Of a DNA stretch of 18,301 nucleotides, positions 1 through 7,729 are shown piece by piece; the first letter of the stretch is position 1, and the number at the start of each line of letters is the position of its first letter. Below the pieces are notes generated by a model. The model was given only the letters and a program-made list of their open reading frames with translations. It searched no databases and was not told the origin of the DNA. The translations under genes and the position numbers were made by a program. The DNA lies in NCBI GenBank assembly GCA_018238625.1, contig JABCSY010000084.1:1-18301 (forward strand), in the 5' to 3' direction. The stretch is from Promethearchaeota archaeon. Lineage in GTDB: Archaea; Asgardarchaeota; Lokiarchaeia; Sigyniarchaeales; SOKP01.

Positions 1-42
1 TACTTAGTTTAGAGACTATTATTACTTATTTTAGAAACTACC

Positions 43-237
43 ATGTCAAAAAAAAAAGAAATTATCGCAGAGTTAGAAAATATTCCAGAAAATCTTTTGG
101 AAGATGTGTTAGATTATATAAGTTTTCTCAAGAGTAAAATTAATAAGCAAACAATAGCGACAGCATTAGCTAGTGAATCGATTTTAAAGAGAGATTGGCT
201 ATTACCAGAGGAAGATGAAGCATGGCGAGATTTATAA
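43..237 (+). CDS. DUF2281-type small protein, putative type II antitoxin
   Basis: 64 aa. N-terminal 'ELENIPENLLEDVLDYISFLKSK' is a DUF2281-like helical hairpin. The C-terminal 'LASESILKRDWLLPEEDEAWRDL' is characteristic of antitoxins encoded just upstream of PemK/MazF-like toxins. Confidence 0.8.
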   Translation: MSKKKEIIAELENIPENLLEDVLDYISFLKSKINKQTIATALASESILKRDWLLPEEDEAWRDL

Positions 238-275
238 AGGGAGATGTAGTAGTCTTAATCACTTCTAATTTCTGA
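222..275 (+). pseudogene. Truncated PemK/MazF-like toxin remnant (MARFIKGDVVVLITSNF*)
   Basis: ATG at 222 overlaps the last 16 nt of the antitoxin and reads MARFIKGDVVV, the typical PemK/MazF-like N-terminus (..KGDVVVVPFPF..). It lacks PFP and KxRP and stops at TGA 273-275, followed by TAG. Confidence 0.65.
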
Positions 276-283
276 TAGAAAAA

Positions 284-1459
284 ATGGATGAAATGACCGA
301 AAAACTATTTTGGGACAATCCGTATGATACCCATTTTGAAGCAAAAATAATTGAAATAACTGAAAATGGAATAATCTTAGATAAAACTTTGTTTTATCCA
401 GAGAGTGGAAACCAAATTAGCGATAAAGGTGTCATTATTAAGAATGACAACAAATTTAATGTAGAATATGTATTAAAGAAAGGTGATTTCATAGATCATC
501 ATCTTTCTGAACCTTTTCGTGAGAAATTAAAAATAGGAGATCCTGTCATTGGAGAAATCGACTGGAATTATAGATACGGCGTGATGAGAGCACATTCGGC
601 CCAACACATATTATCAGCTCTTATTAAAAACAAATTTAATATCAATACGGCTCACGCAAATATTTCGTTTGAAGATGTTTCACTTCAAATTGCCCAAGAT
701 ATTAACGATAATCAATTTAGGGAAGTATTACAAGAATTCAATAGGGTTTGCACCATTGAAAATCACGAATTTCGCACAAGTCTTATTCAAAGGGATGAAA
801 TTAAAAACTTTTCGGAAAATATTCGAGGAAAGGTTCCAGAACAAGGTGAAATTAGGTTAGTAGAACTTAAATATTACGATTTGATCTGTTGTGGTGGGAC
901 TCATGTAAAAAACTCCACCGAGATTGGACCAATTTTCGTTTATGAATTTAATAAAGGGAGGAATTTCAAGTTTAAAGTCGGATCAAACGCGATAAATCAG
1001 TTTTCAGCTGACAATATCGATATATTACGCTACGCTCGGCAGTTAAATATCCCCGCTTCAGAAATATTACAAAACTTTCAAGTACAATTAGATAAAAAAT
1101 CAACTCTTCAACAAAATTACCTCAATCTAGCTAACATTGCATTAGAATTTGTTTCACTACATCCCGTTACAATAATAAAAAATGTTAAAGTAGGATTTTT
1201 AGAATTAAATGTGGAATATAAGGTCATTCACAAACAATTCAAAGAATTTCCAGCAGATTATCTTCTAATTATAAAACAGGAAAATAACAAAATATTAGTT
1301 CTTTCAAATACCGAAAAAGAAAAAGCAAACGAGGTTCTAGAAACTTTACTGAAAAGATATGGTGGAAAGGGTGGAGGCAACTCTCATTCTGCTCAGGGAA
1401 CATTAAACGAAGAACCAGAAGATCTTATTTCTGAAATTAAATCGTTTTTAAAGTGGTAA
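284..1459 (+). CDS. alaX: Free-standing alanyl-tRNA editing protein (AlaX family, long form with C-terminal DHHA1/C-Ala-like domain)
   Basis: N-terminal 'LDKTLFYPESGNQISDKG', Zn-binding HxxxH (HSAQH) and CxxxH (CGGTH), a coiled linker and C-terminal 'GGKGGG...AQG'. No aminoacylation domain. The start could be ATG 284 or 293. Confidence 0.88.
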   Translation: MDEMTEKLFWDNPYDTHFEAKIIEITENGIILDKTLFYPESGNQISDKGVIIKNDNKFNVEYVLKKGDFIDHHLSEPFREKLKIGDPVIGEIDWNYRYGVMRAHSAQHILSALIKNKFNINTAHANISFEDVSLQIAQDINDNQFREVLQEFNRVCTIENHEFRTSLIQRDEIKNFSENIRGKVPEQGEIRLVELKYYDLICCGGTHVKNSTEIGPIFVYEFNKGRNFKFKVGSNAINQFSADNIDILRYARQLNIPASEILQNFQVQLDKKSTLQQNYLNLANIALEFVSLHPVTIIKNVKVGFLELNVEYKVIHKQFKEFPADYLLIIKQENNKILVLSNTEKEKANEVLETLLKRYGGKGGGNSHSAQGTLNEEPEDLISEIKSFLKW

Positions 1460-1474
1460 TTTATTTATCAGGTG

Positions 1475-1807
1475 CTATAGCTTTTTCGCATATTTTAAGA
1501 TTTCAAGTATGAAAGGATTCTCTTGTTCAATCATAATGCGAAACTCTTCTTCAGTATAAACAAGTGGTTCAATTGGAAGATTGGTTAAATCCATTATTAG
1601 TCCAATTCTTTCAAAAAATCTTTCTTTAAAATCTCCAACGATAATTAGGTCAATGTCACTACCTTCATGAATATCTCCAGTAACAAAAGATCCATAAAGA
1701 TATATTGAACTTATTGGAAATATTTTTTTTAATTTCTTAATAAAAACTTTTAATTCTAAATCAATTTTTTCACGATCGTCAATATTGATTCGGCATAGCC
1801 TATGCAT
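1475..1807 (-). CDS. Minimal nucleotidyltransferase (MNT), partner of the adjacent HEPN protein
   Basis: 'IYLYGSFVTGDIHEGSDIDLIIV' matches the GS-x10-DxD pol-beta-family NTase motif. 110 aa, overlapping the HEPN gene end. Confidence 0.9.
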   Translation of the reverse strand: MHRLCRINIDDREKIDLELKVFIKKLKKIFPISSIYLYGSFVTGDIHEGSDIDLIIVGDFKERFFERIGLIMDLTNLPIEPLVYTEEEFRIMIEQENPFILEILKYAKKL

Positions 1808-2157
1808 TTTTTCGCATCTTCCTCCTCATAAAATTCAAATGGTGCTAAATTTCCTGCAAGTCCATTAGGATATCTTGTAGGGATATAAAACATATCTAAA
1901 TATTTTGCCCCTGATTTAATTTTTGAAAATAAATGTTCTCTTTTTTCTGCTTCCATAACCAGTTCCTTTAGCGAGTGGGTTATAATTGATGTATACCCTC
2001 TATTATATAAGAATGCCTTTAAACATTTTTCAGCAGCTTGTTGCGATTGAAAACAACTCCAATCATAATTTTTTGAGTTCATGCTATTCTTCGCAGCATT
2101 TAAATCAGATTCCGCTTGTCTTAACCATCTTAAACTAATTTTTGATATTTTAATCAC
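1756..2157 (-). CDS. HEPN domain protein (MNT-associated)
   Basis: 'WLRQAESDL..A', 'WSCFQSQQAAEKCLKAFL', 'THSL' and 'YIPTRYP' are typical of MNT-associated HEPN proteins. GTG start. Confidence 0.9.
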   Translation of the reverse strand: MIKISKISLRWLRQAESDLNAAKNSMNSKNYDWSCFQSQQAAEKCLKAFLYNRGYTSIITHSLKELVMEAEKREHLFSKIKSGAKYLDMFYIPTRYPNGLAGNLAPFEFYEEEDAKKCIGYAESILTIVKKLI

Positions 2158-2321
2158 TTTTAGGTATGATTCTATTTTTTAATTTCGTATTTTTCGTTTT
2201 CACTAACATCTAAAAACAATTTTATCTATTTAATTTTAATAGTATTTAGAGATGTTCAAATTTTAAGAAATTTTTTTTTGAAAGACTTTATAGCTTCGTC
2301 TATAGTCAAATCTTTTATGGA

Positions 2322-2339
2322 ATATTGTAAATACAATAT
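2322..2339. promoter_or_regulatory. Palindromic site, candidate operator in the divergent HEPN / membrane-protein intergenic region
   Basis: ATATTGTA-AA-TACAATAT is a perfect 8-bp inverted repeat with a 2-nt spacer. The AT-rich context limits its significance. Confidence 0.3.
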
Positions 2340-2448
2340 GTGGTTTCATTTTTATTCGAATTTTTTCAATAGAAATAACAAAATATATTTTATAATGTAA
2401 TTTTAAGTAGTATAAATTAAAGATATTCATTTAAATTTAATAACTGAG

Positions 2449-2928
2449 TTGTTAATTTTGATAGATTTTAGAAAAAATTTTTGGTTATTTCCAATTTTAA
2501 TCGCAGTAATCGCTTTGATTAGCCTTCTTACTCCCGCTGCTTATCGGACTTTTGATGGAGGGGGTATTTATTTTTGGTTGTGGGCTTTAAACATTAGTAC
2601 CGATACTGGATACCTTTGGTTTAACACAGATGCCCTAGCTTTATTTGGAGCTATTGCAGAAACGCTTGTTATAGTAATTTCAATGTTGGTTTTGATATAT
2701 ACGGGGATTATTATTAAACGAGATAAAAAAAATCAGAAAATTATAAAACTTTTTTTGTTTATAAGCGGAATACTACTTATTTTGGCTCCATTAGGTTACA
2801 TTATAGGAAGTGTGTTTTATCAAACTGATTTTTGGACTACTTACTCGCCGAGTTTTGGAATAATAGGTCCATTTATAGCGGCAGCGATAGCTTTTATTAC
2901 AATTTTTCTCTATAAAAAAAAAACCTAA
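2449..2928 (+). CDS. Hypothetical membrane protein with about 4 TM helices
   Basis: Hydrophobic segments at about aa 12-28, 62-88, 98-123 and 135-155, a basic loop KRDKKNQK and a basic C-terminus. TTG start is uncertain. Confidence 0.8.
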   Translation: MLILIDFRKNFWLFPILIAVIALISLLTPAAYRTFDGGGIYFWLWALNISTDTGYLWFNTDALALFGAIAETLVIVISMLVLIYTGIIIKRDKKNQKIIKLFLFISGILLILAPLGYIIGSVFYQTDFWTTYSPSFGIIGPFIAAAIAFITIFLYKKKT

Positions 2929-2932
2929 CCCC

Positions 2933-2965
2933 TTTTTTTTAATATTTTCAAAAATGTTTGAAAAT
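2933..2965. terminator. Oligo-T tract plus hairpin between convergent genes
   Basis: T-run just after the stop at 2928, then ATTTTCAAA-AATG-TTTGAAAAT (2944-2965, perfect 9-bp stem). Confidence 0.4.
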
Positions 2966-2996
2966 TTTGAGACTTTTCTTGATTCTTGGGTTTAAG

Positions 2997-4310
2997 TTAT
3001 TCAAGATTTATGTAATTTTTATTGATTTCCATCATTTCCTCAAACATTTCTTCGGCTTTTGAAGCATTACTTATTGTAGGATCCAGTAATAGGGCTTGAA
3101 AAGCAATTTCCTTCGATTTCTTAAGTATTGCTTCTACCACTAAATCTTGAACTGAAGCTTGATTGCGCAGTAATGCTGCTAACCCTTTAGGATAATCTCC
3201 AAGCTTAATTGCCTTTAATCCGCTCTTAGTAACAATTGCAGGACATTCCACAACTAAATCGCGGGGTATATTAGTAATTACATCATCGTTCGGTAAATTT
3301 ACTGAAGCTTCTTCGTGATTAGAATCAGTTTTTATACCTTCAATAATAGGAATCGCTCTTTCGTGATCGGGTTTTACAAGACGTGCACCTTTTCCTCTTT
3401 TTATTGATTTTTGGATTCTTCTTCCAACTAACAATGTGACACCTACATAGCCGTTATAAAACGCTCTTACTCCCTCGATGTTTGCTTTTTCCCAACCCCA
3501 CGATATATACTCTCCATAATGGGAGTCTTGCGTGTACGGAATGTACCCAAACTTTTCAAGGATATACTTAATCAAATCAACATCGTTCATAACTCCTCTT
3601 AAGTTACTAAGATATTCTGGAGCCTTTTTTCTAAGATCAGGATAGGCGTCTTTATTCTCGTTGATATACCGTATTGATAAAAGAACACCAAAATGATTTA
3701 ATCCTCCAGCTCTCATCTCAAGATTGGAAAGTGGAGTGCCAAGTATCTTGCTATAATGATGTATAAATCCAGGAAACTCGTGACATAAACCCACAAAGTT
3801 TATTGAAGGAAATTTTCGCTTAATAGCTAAACAGATCCTACTCATAGGATTTGAATAATTAATAACAAACGCATCTGGGCAAATTTGATTGATATCCTCG
3901 CAAATCTCGAGGATCGGAGGAATCACTCGTAAGGAATGAAATAATCCCCCTGGACCTCCATTCTCGCCCATAACTTGTTTATTACCATACTTACGAGGAG
4001 TTTCGTAATCTAAATCAAACCATTTAAATCTTGGACCGACTTCTATAGAATTTATTATAAAAGTAGCGTTTTTCAAAGCTTTTTTCCTATCAATTGTGGA
4101 CTCAAGTTCAAAATCCAAATGTTTCTGCTCGATTGCTTCTTTACACGACTGGGTTACTAAATCTAAGTTAGTCTCATTGATGTCATGTAAACTTATTGTA
4201 GAACCATGTAAAACTTCGCTGTTAATTATACTACCAACTGAACCCAATCCAAATTGCAAAGAGCCAGCACCAATTATTACAATTTTCTCCTTTTTTGTCA
4301 AATTTTTCAT
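2997..4310 (-). CDS. Family 4 glycoside hydrolase (NAD+/Mn2+-dependent alpha-glycosidase; alpha-glucosidase/galactosidase-like)
   Basis: Rossmann motif 'IVIIGAGS', then 'GENGGPGG', 'INYSNP', 'GLCHE', 'GLNHF', 'HYGEY', 'VNLPN...VVECP' and 'ALLLDP'. Confidence 0.93.
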   Translation of the reverse strand: MKNLTKKEKIVIIGAGSLQFGLGSVGSIINSEVLHGSTISLHDINETNLDLVTQSCKEAIEQKHLDFELESTIDRKKALKNATFIINSIEVGPRFKWFDLDYETPRKYGNKQVMGENGGPGGLFHSLRVIPPILEICEDINQICPDAFVINYSNPMSRICLAIKRKFPSINFVGLCHEFPGFIHHYSKILGTPLSNLEMRAGGLNHFGVLLSIRYINENKDAYPDLRKKAPEYLSNLRGVMNDVDLIKYILEKFGYIPYTQDSHYGEYISWGWEKANIEGVRAFYNGYVGVTLLVGRRIQKSIKRGKGARLVKPDHERAIPIIEGIKTDSNHEEASVNLPNDDVITNIPRDLVVECPAIVTKSGLKAIKLGDYPKGLAALLRNQASVQDLVVEAILKKSKEIAFQALLLDPTISNASKAEEMFEEMMEINKNYINLE

Positions 4311-4476
4311 TCTCGTATGTCTAATTAAATTATGTATTATATTTATTTAGAAAGTAAAAAACTTATGAAATTTCTAATAAGTCAAACAAAGATTTCACCA
4401 CAAAATATTCTTTTTTAATTTTTAAATAAACTGGTCCAGATAGGTATGTATTATCAACAAATACTATTTATAATTA

Positions 4477-5280
4477 TTATATTACATATTTGAAATTGCT
4501 GTCTTCGAGAATCCAAGCGTGCAAAAATCTATCTTTTTGTTTAGTATCCCAAATCTTTTCAATATTGCTAATTCCAGAGTAAAGATCATCGAGTAACTCT
4601 CTCCCTACGGGATATCTCTCGTGAGAAGGATAAATTTCCTGAACTTTATTTGCATCAAATAAATCTTTTAATTTTAAGATGCTATTTAAAATGATAGGAA
4701 ATTGTTTTCTTTTTGGCAAGTACATCGAACCGTAGTGAGCCGTATCTCCAGTAAACAATTCGCCTTTATTCGTTAAAAGAGAGATTGACCCAATAGAATG
4801 TCCTGGCGTATGAATAACTTCTACTGCAATACCACCTAAATCGAATTTATCTCCCTCTTTTAACGATTTTACCTCTTTTGGGGGCGGGTATTTAAATGAA
4901 TTTTTATCGTTATAAATATTTACAACATCTTTAGGAGAGTCTTTGAGAATAGATATATCAAAGGGCATAGATGCGTTTTTAGCTTCGCTTTCGTGAATAT
5001 ATATTGAATCGAATTCTTCATTTGCGCCTCTATGGTCGAAATGCGAATGTGTATTGAATACTAATAGTTCCCTATTTTCAACTAATTTATCTATAATAGG
5101 TTTTAAAGGGAAGAGTCCGCACCCAGTATCAATTAACAAAGCTTTTTGAGAACCAAGAATCAGGTACATATTAGTATAGATGGTAAGAAAACGAGGATCC
5201 ACTTCTTCAAGCTTTTCCCGGATAACAAATAAGTAATTTTTATGCTCTATAATTTCGTACCAGTTTTCAGCATTAAGCAT
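4477..5280 (-). CDS. MBL-fold metallo-hydrolase
   Basis: 'LIDTG', HxHxDH ('THSHFDH'), 'HTPGHS', 'LFTGD' and 'PSHE'. Confidence 0.92.
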   Translation of the reverse strand: MLNAENWYEIIEHKNYLFVIREKLEEVDPRFLTIYTNMYLILGSQKALLIDTGCGLFPLKPIIDKLVENRELLVFNTHSHFDHRGANEEFDSIYIHESEAKNASMPFDISILKDSPKDVVNIYNDKNSFKYPPPKEVKSLKEGDKFDLGGIAVEVIHTPGHSIGSISLLTNKGELFTGDTAHYGSMYLPKRKQFPIILNSILKLKDLFDANKVQEIYPSHERYPVGRELLDDLYSGISNIEKIWDTKQKDRFLHAWILEDSNFKYVI

Positions 5281-5432
5281 AAGACCAATAGTTAGAAAAT
5301 TAATTTAAAATTTATTATTCGCTAAAGTAATAAAAAAGTACAATCTCTAAAAGTAATAATATTGGAAAAAAAAATTATCGTTATAAATAGAAGTAGATAC
5401 TATGTTAAAACAGTAAATAATAAATTTGGGAA

Positions 5433-5440
5433 TATATAAA
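5433..5440 (+). promoter_or_regulatory. Candidate archaeal TATA box for the corrinoid/methyltransferase operon
   Basis: TATATAAA lies 26-33 nt upstream of ATG 5466, which fits a leaderless or short-leader archaeal transcript. Confidence 0.4.
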
Positions 5441-5465
5441 ATTTTAAAAATAAGATGAAATTATT

Positions 5466-6095
5466 ATGGATTTTATAACTGAAATTGTCGAGCTAAATGA
5501 AGATTCTGTGAAAGAATTGTTAAAAAAACGCCTTGAAAGCAACGACGATCCTCTTAAAATAATGGACGATGTTAAAGGAGCAATGAAAATAATTGGCGAG
5601 AAATTTAGCAATAAGGAATATTTCCTTCCAGAATTAATCATGTCGGGAGAAATTTTACGAGATATTTTTGAAGTCTTAGGTCCGAAATTAAAAGAATCTA
5701 ATATAACTGAGGATAAAAAGGGAAGAGTGTTGTTAGGAACTGTAGTAGGAGATATACACGATATTGGAAAAGATGTTGTGAGATTTATGTTGGATGCAAA
5801 TGGATTCGAAGTGTTAGACTTGGGCGTAGATGTTCCTGCTGAGAAATTTATAGAAGGTATAAAGGAGTTTAAACCCCAAGTGGTCGCCTTAAGTGGATTT
5901 CTTACGCTTGCATTTGATTCAATGAAAGAAATCATTCAAAAATTCGAAGAAGCTGGATTAAGAGATACTGTAAAAGTTATGATTGGAGGGGGGACAGTGG
6001 ACAAGAATATAGTTGAATACGTCAGCGCTGACGCATATGGTGAAAGCGCAGTTGAAGCAGTAGCTTTAGCTTCTAAATGGACTGAGGTGCGATAA
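5466..6095 (+). CDS. Corrinoid (cobalamin-binding) methyl-acceptor protein, MtaC/MttC/OdmA-like
   Basis: N-terminal cap domain ('IGEKFSNKEYFLPELIMSGE'), DxHxxG ('GDIHDIGK'), 'VALSGFLT' and 'IGGG'. Confidence 0.95.
   Translation: MDFITEIVELNEDSVKELLKKRLESNDDPLKIMDDVKGAMKIIGEKFSNKEYFLPELIMSGEILRDIFEVLGPKLKESNITEDKKGRVLLGTVVGDIHDIGKDVVRFMLDANGFEVLDLGVDVPAEKFIEGIKEFKPQVVALSGFLTLAFDSMKEIIQKFEEAGLRDTVKVMIGGGTVDKNIVEYVSADAYGESAVEAVALASKWTEVR
6084..6089 (+). promoter_or_regulatory. Archaeal-type Shine-Dalgarno site for the methyltransferase
   Basis: GAGGTG with a 7-nt spacer to ATG 6097. The two genes are separated by 1 nt. Confidence 0.55.
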
Positions 6096-6096
6096 A

Positions 6097-7443
6097 ATGG
6101 CTAAATCCGAGGAATTATATGAGTTAAGAACACAGCGAATTAATGACGCTCGTGTTGTGAAAGAGCCTGATAAAGTACCTTGTGTTAATCTTTTTACTAC
6201 TTTTTATCCTACCATACAAATGGGAATAACAAATGAAGAATCAATGTATAGTATGAAAAAGACTGCGAAAGCATTCGTTAAAGTATTTAAAGATTCTAAT
6301 ATCGATGGTCCTCCTAGCCCGATCCCATTTCCTGGGCAAGTTTTTGACAATCTGGGAATCCAATATTTCGCATGGCCGGGAGCTGCCGACGAAACCAGGC
6401 GGCTAAAAGCGCACCAACCATTTCAATTTGTAGAAAACGAATATATGAAAGCTAGCGAATATGAAGAATATTTTCTTGATCCAACTGGATTTTTACTCAG
6501 AAAGCTTATTCCGAGACATTATAAAAACTTAGAGAGTTTTTCTTTATTTCCCGTCTCTGGCTTTCCTCTAGGAAATGGTTATATCTCAATGACAAATTTA
6601 CCGATGTATTTTGGGTCACAAAATATGCCATTACTCTATAAGCTTATTATGTACCTTGCAAAAGATAAAATGGGGAACATGTTCCCTGGAAAGGATGCAA
6701 TAAAAGCATTAGGAGACGCAGCAGTTAACATATTTAAATCAGTTATCCCTACAATGAGATACGCTAAAAAAATGAAAAAATATGGTTATCCAATATCGGC
6801 TATCTCCATAACTCAAGCCCCATTCGATGCCGTTAGCGAATTTTTTAGAGGATTAACAGGTATAATGACCGATATGTACAGACATCCAGAAGAGTTAAAG
6901 AAAATATTAGACCTCCAAGTCGAATCAGCTATTCGAGTAGGGGTTGCGGCGGCAGAGATGAGAGAAGCAAAAGTAGTGTTCGTTCCTCTTCACAGAGGTG
7001 CTGATGGATTTATGAGCAATAAACAATTTGAGGAATTTTACTGGCCAACTCTAGTTAAAGTAATGGAAGGATTAATTAAAAAGGACCTGATGCCCATGCC
7101 ATTTTTCGAGGGAGGATATAACGAAAGGTTAGTATATCTGCAAGAATTCGCAAAAAACAATAAGGGAAAAGTGCTTTACTATTTTGATAGAACAGACATG
7201 AGTAAAGCAAAAGAAATGTTTGGAGATTACGTATGTCTTCGAGGAAACGTGCCAGGATCGCTGCTAGTAGGTGGAACTCCCGCAAAAGTTGAAGAATATG
7301 TGAAAAACCTAATAGAAAATTGCGCATCTGGTGGCGGATTAATAGTTGATGGTGGTACTGCAGGTATTCCCGATGAATCTAAATTTGAAAACGTAAAAGC
7401 TATGATAGATGCTACTAATAAGTATGGTGTTTATCGAAAATAA
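6097..7443 (+). CDS. UroD/MetE-fold corrinoid-dependent methyltransferase (CmuA/CmuC-like, possible O-demethylase MT-I)
   Basis: 'EPDKVP', 'QAPFD..SEFFRGLTGIMTDMYRHPE', 'PLHRGADGFMS..QFEEFYWPT', 'PFFEG', 'CLRGNVP' and 'GGGLIVD..ENVKAM'. Directly coupled to the corrinoid protein gene. Confidence 0.85.
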   Translation: MAKSEELYELRTQRINDARVVKEPDKVPCVNLFTTFYPTIQMGITNEESMYSMKKTAKAFVKVFKDSNIDGPPSPIPFPGQVFDNLGIQYFAWPGAADETRRLKAHQPFQFVENEYMKASEYEEYFLDPTGFLLRKLIPRHYKNLESFSLFPVSGFPLGNGYISMTNLPMYFGSQNMPLLYKLIMYLAKDKMGNMFPGKDAIKALGDAAVNIFKSVIPTMRYAKKMKKYGYPISAISITQAPFDAVSEFFRGLTGIMTDMYRHPEELKKILDLQVESAIRVGVAAAEMREAKVVFVPLHRGADGFMSNKQFEEFYWPTLVKVMEGLIKKDLMPMPFFEGGYNERLVYLQEFAKNNKGKVLYYFDRTDMSKAKEMFGDYVCLRGNVPGSLLVGGTPAKVEEYVKNLIENCASGGGLIVDGGTAGIPDESKFENVKAMIDATNKYGVYRK

Positions 7444-7462
7444 AAAGTACGATAGAATAATG

Positions 7463-7502
7463 GATTATTGTATTATTTTACAATAATCAAATCTTTTTTT
7501 TT
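7463..7502 (+). terminator. Stem-loop plus oligo-T terminator after the methyltransferase
   Basis: GATTATTGTA-TTATTT-TACAATAATC (perfect 10-bp stem, 7463-7488), followed by a T-run at about 7494-7502. Confidence 0.6.
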
Positions 7503-7729
7503 ACGAAATTCTTCCGTAATTGGTCGAATTATCTCACTTTCTATTGCTTATTTGTTCAAAGTATTTATATAATAATAATACCATCTTAATTTTATTCTAT
7601 ACTTAAAAAGTTGATTGTTGTATTATCTGATTTGCCTATAATATTATTAGAATTAAAAACTTTACAAATATTTATATTTAAATCTGGTATAATTTAAAAT
7701 AGGGTCTATATTTAATAATAATTAGTAAC

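Noticed and set aside
48-57. A10 run at the antitoxin start as a phase-variation tract; similar runs near 2914-2923 and 13923-13932
   Set aside because: Such runs are common in this AT-rich sequence, encode Lys stretches and leave frames intact.
273-278. Possible selenocysteine readthrough of the TGA ending the toxin remnant
   Set aside because: TGA is immediately followed by in-frame TAG, the frame differs from alaX, and no SECIS-like element was recognised.
669-860. 63-aa ORF inside alaX in another frame
   Set aside because: Fully nested in a well-supported gene and has no recognisable motifs.
4096-4350. 84-aa plus-strand ORF
   Set aside because: Antisense shadow of the GH4 N-terminus.
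4361-4382. Imperfect palindrome ACTTAT-GAAATTTC-TA-ATAAGT upstream of GH4
   Set aside because: Asymmetric and AT-rich; cannot be distinguished from background without comparative data.
5324-5359. Direct repeat AAAGTAATAA x2 in the MBL/corrinoid divergent region
   Set aside because: Short, almost all A/T and only two copies; expected by chance. Not CRISPR-like.
5444-5935. 163-aa minus-strand ORF
   Set aside because: Ser/Ile/Phe-rich antisense shadow of the corrinoid protein.
7076-7327. 83-aa minus-strand ORF
   Set aside because: Antisense to the methyltransferase, with no motifs.
6097-7443. Annotation as true uroporphyrinogen decarboxylase (hemE)
   Set aside because: No N-terminal RQAGR motif, and coupling to a corrinoid protein points to a methyltransferase.
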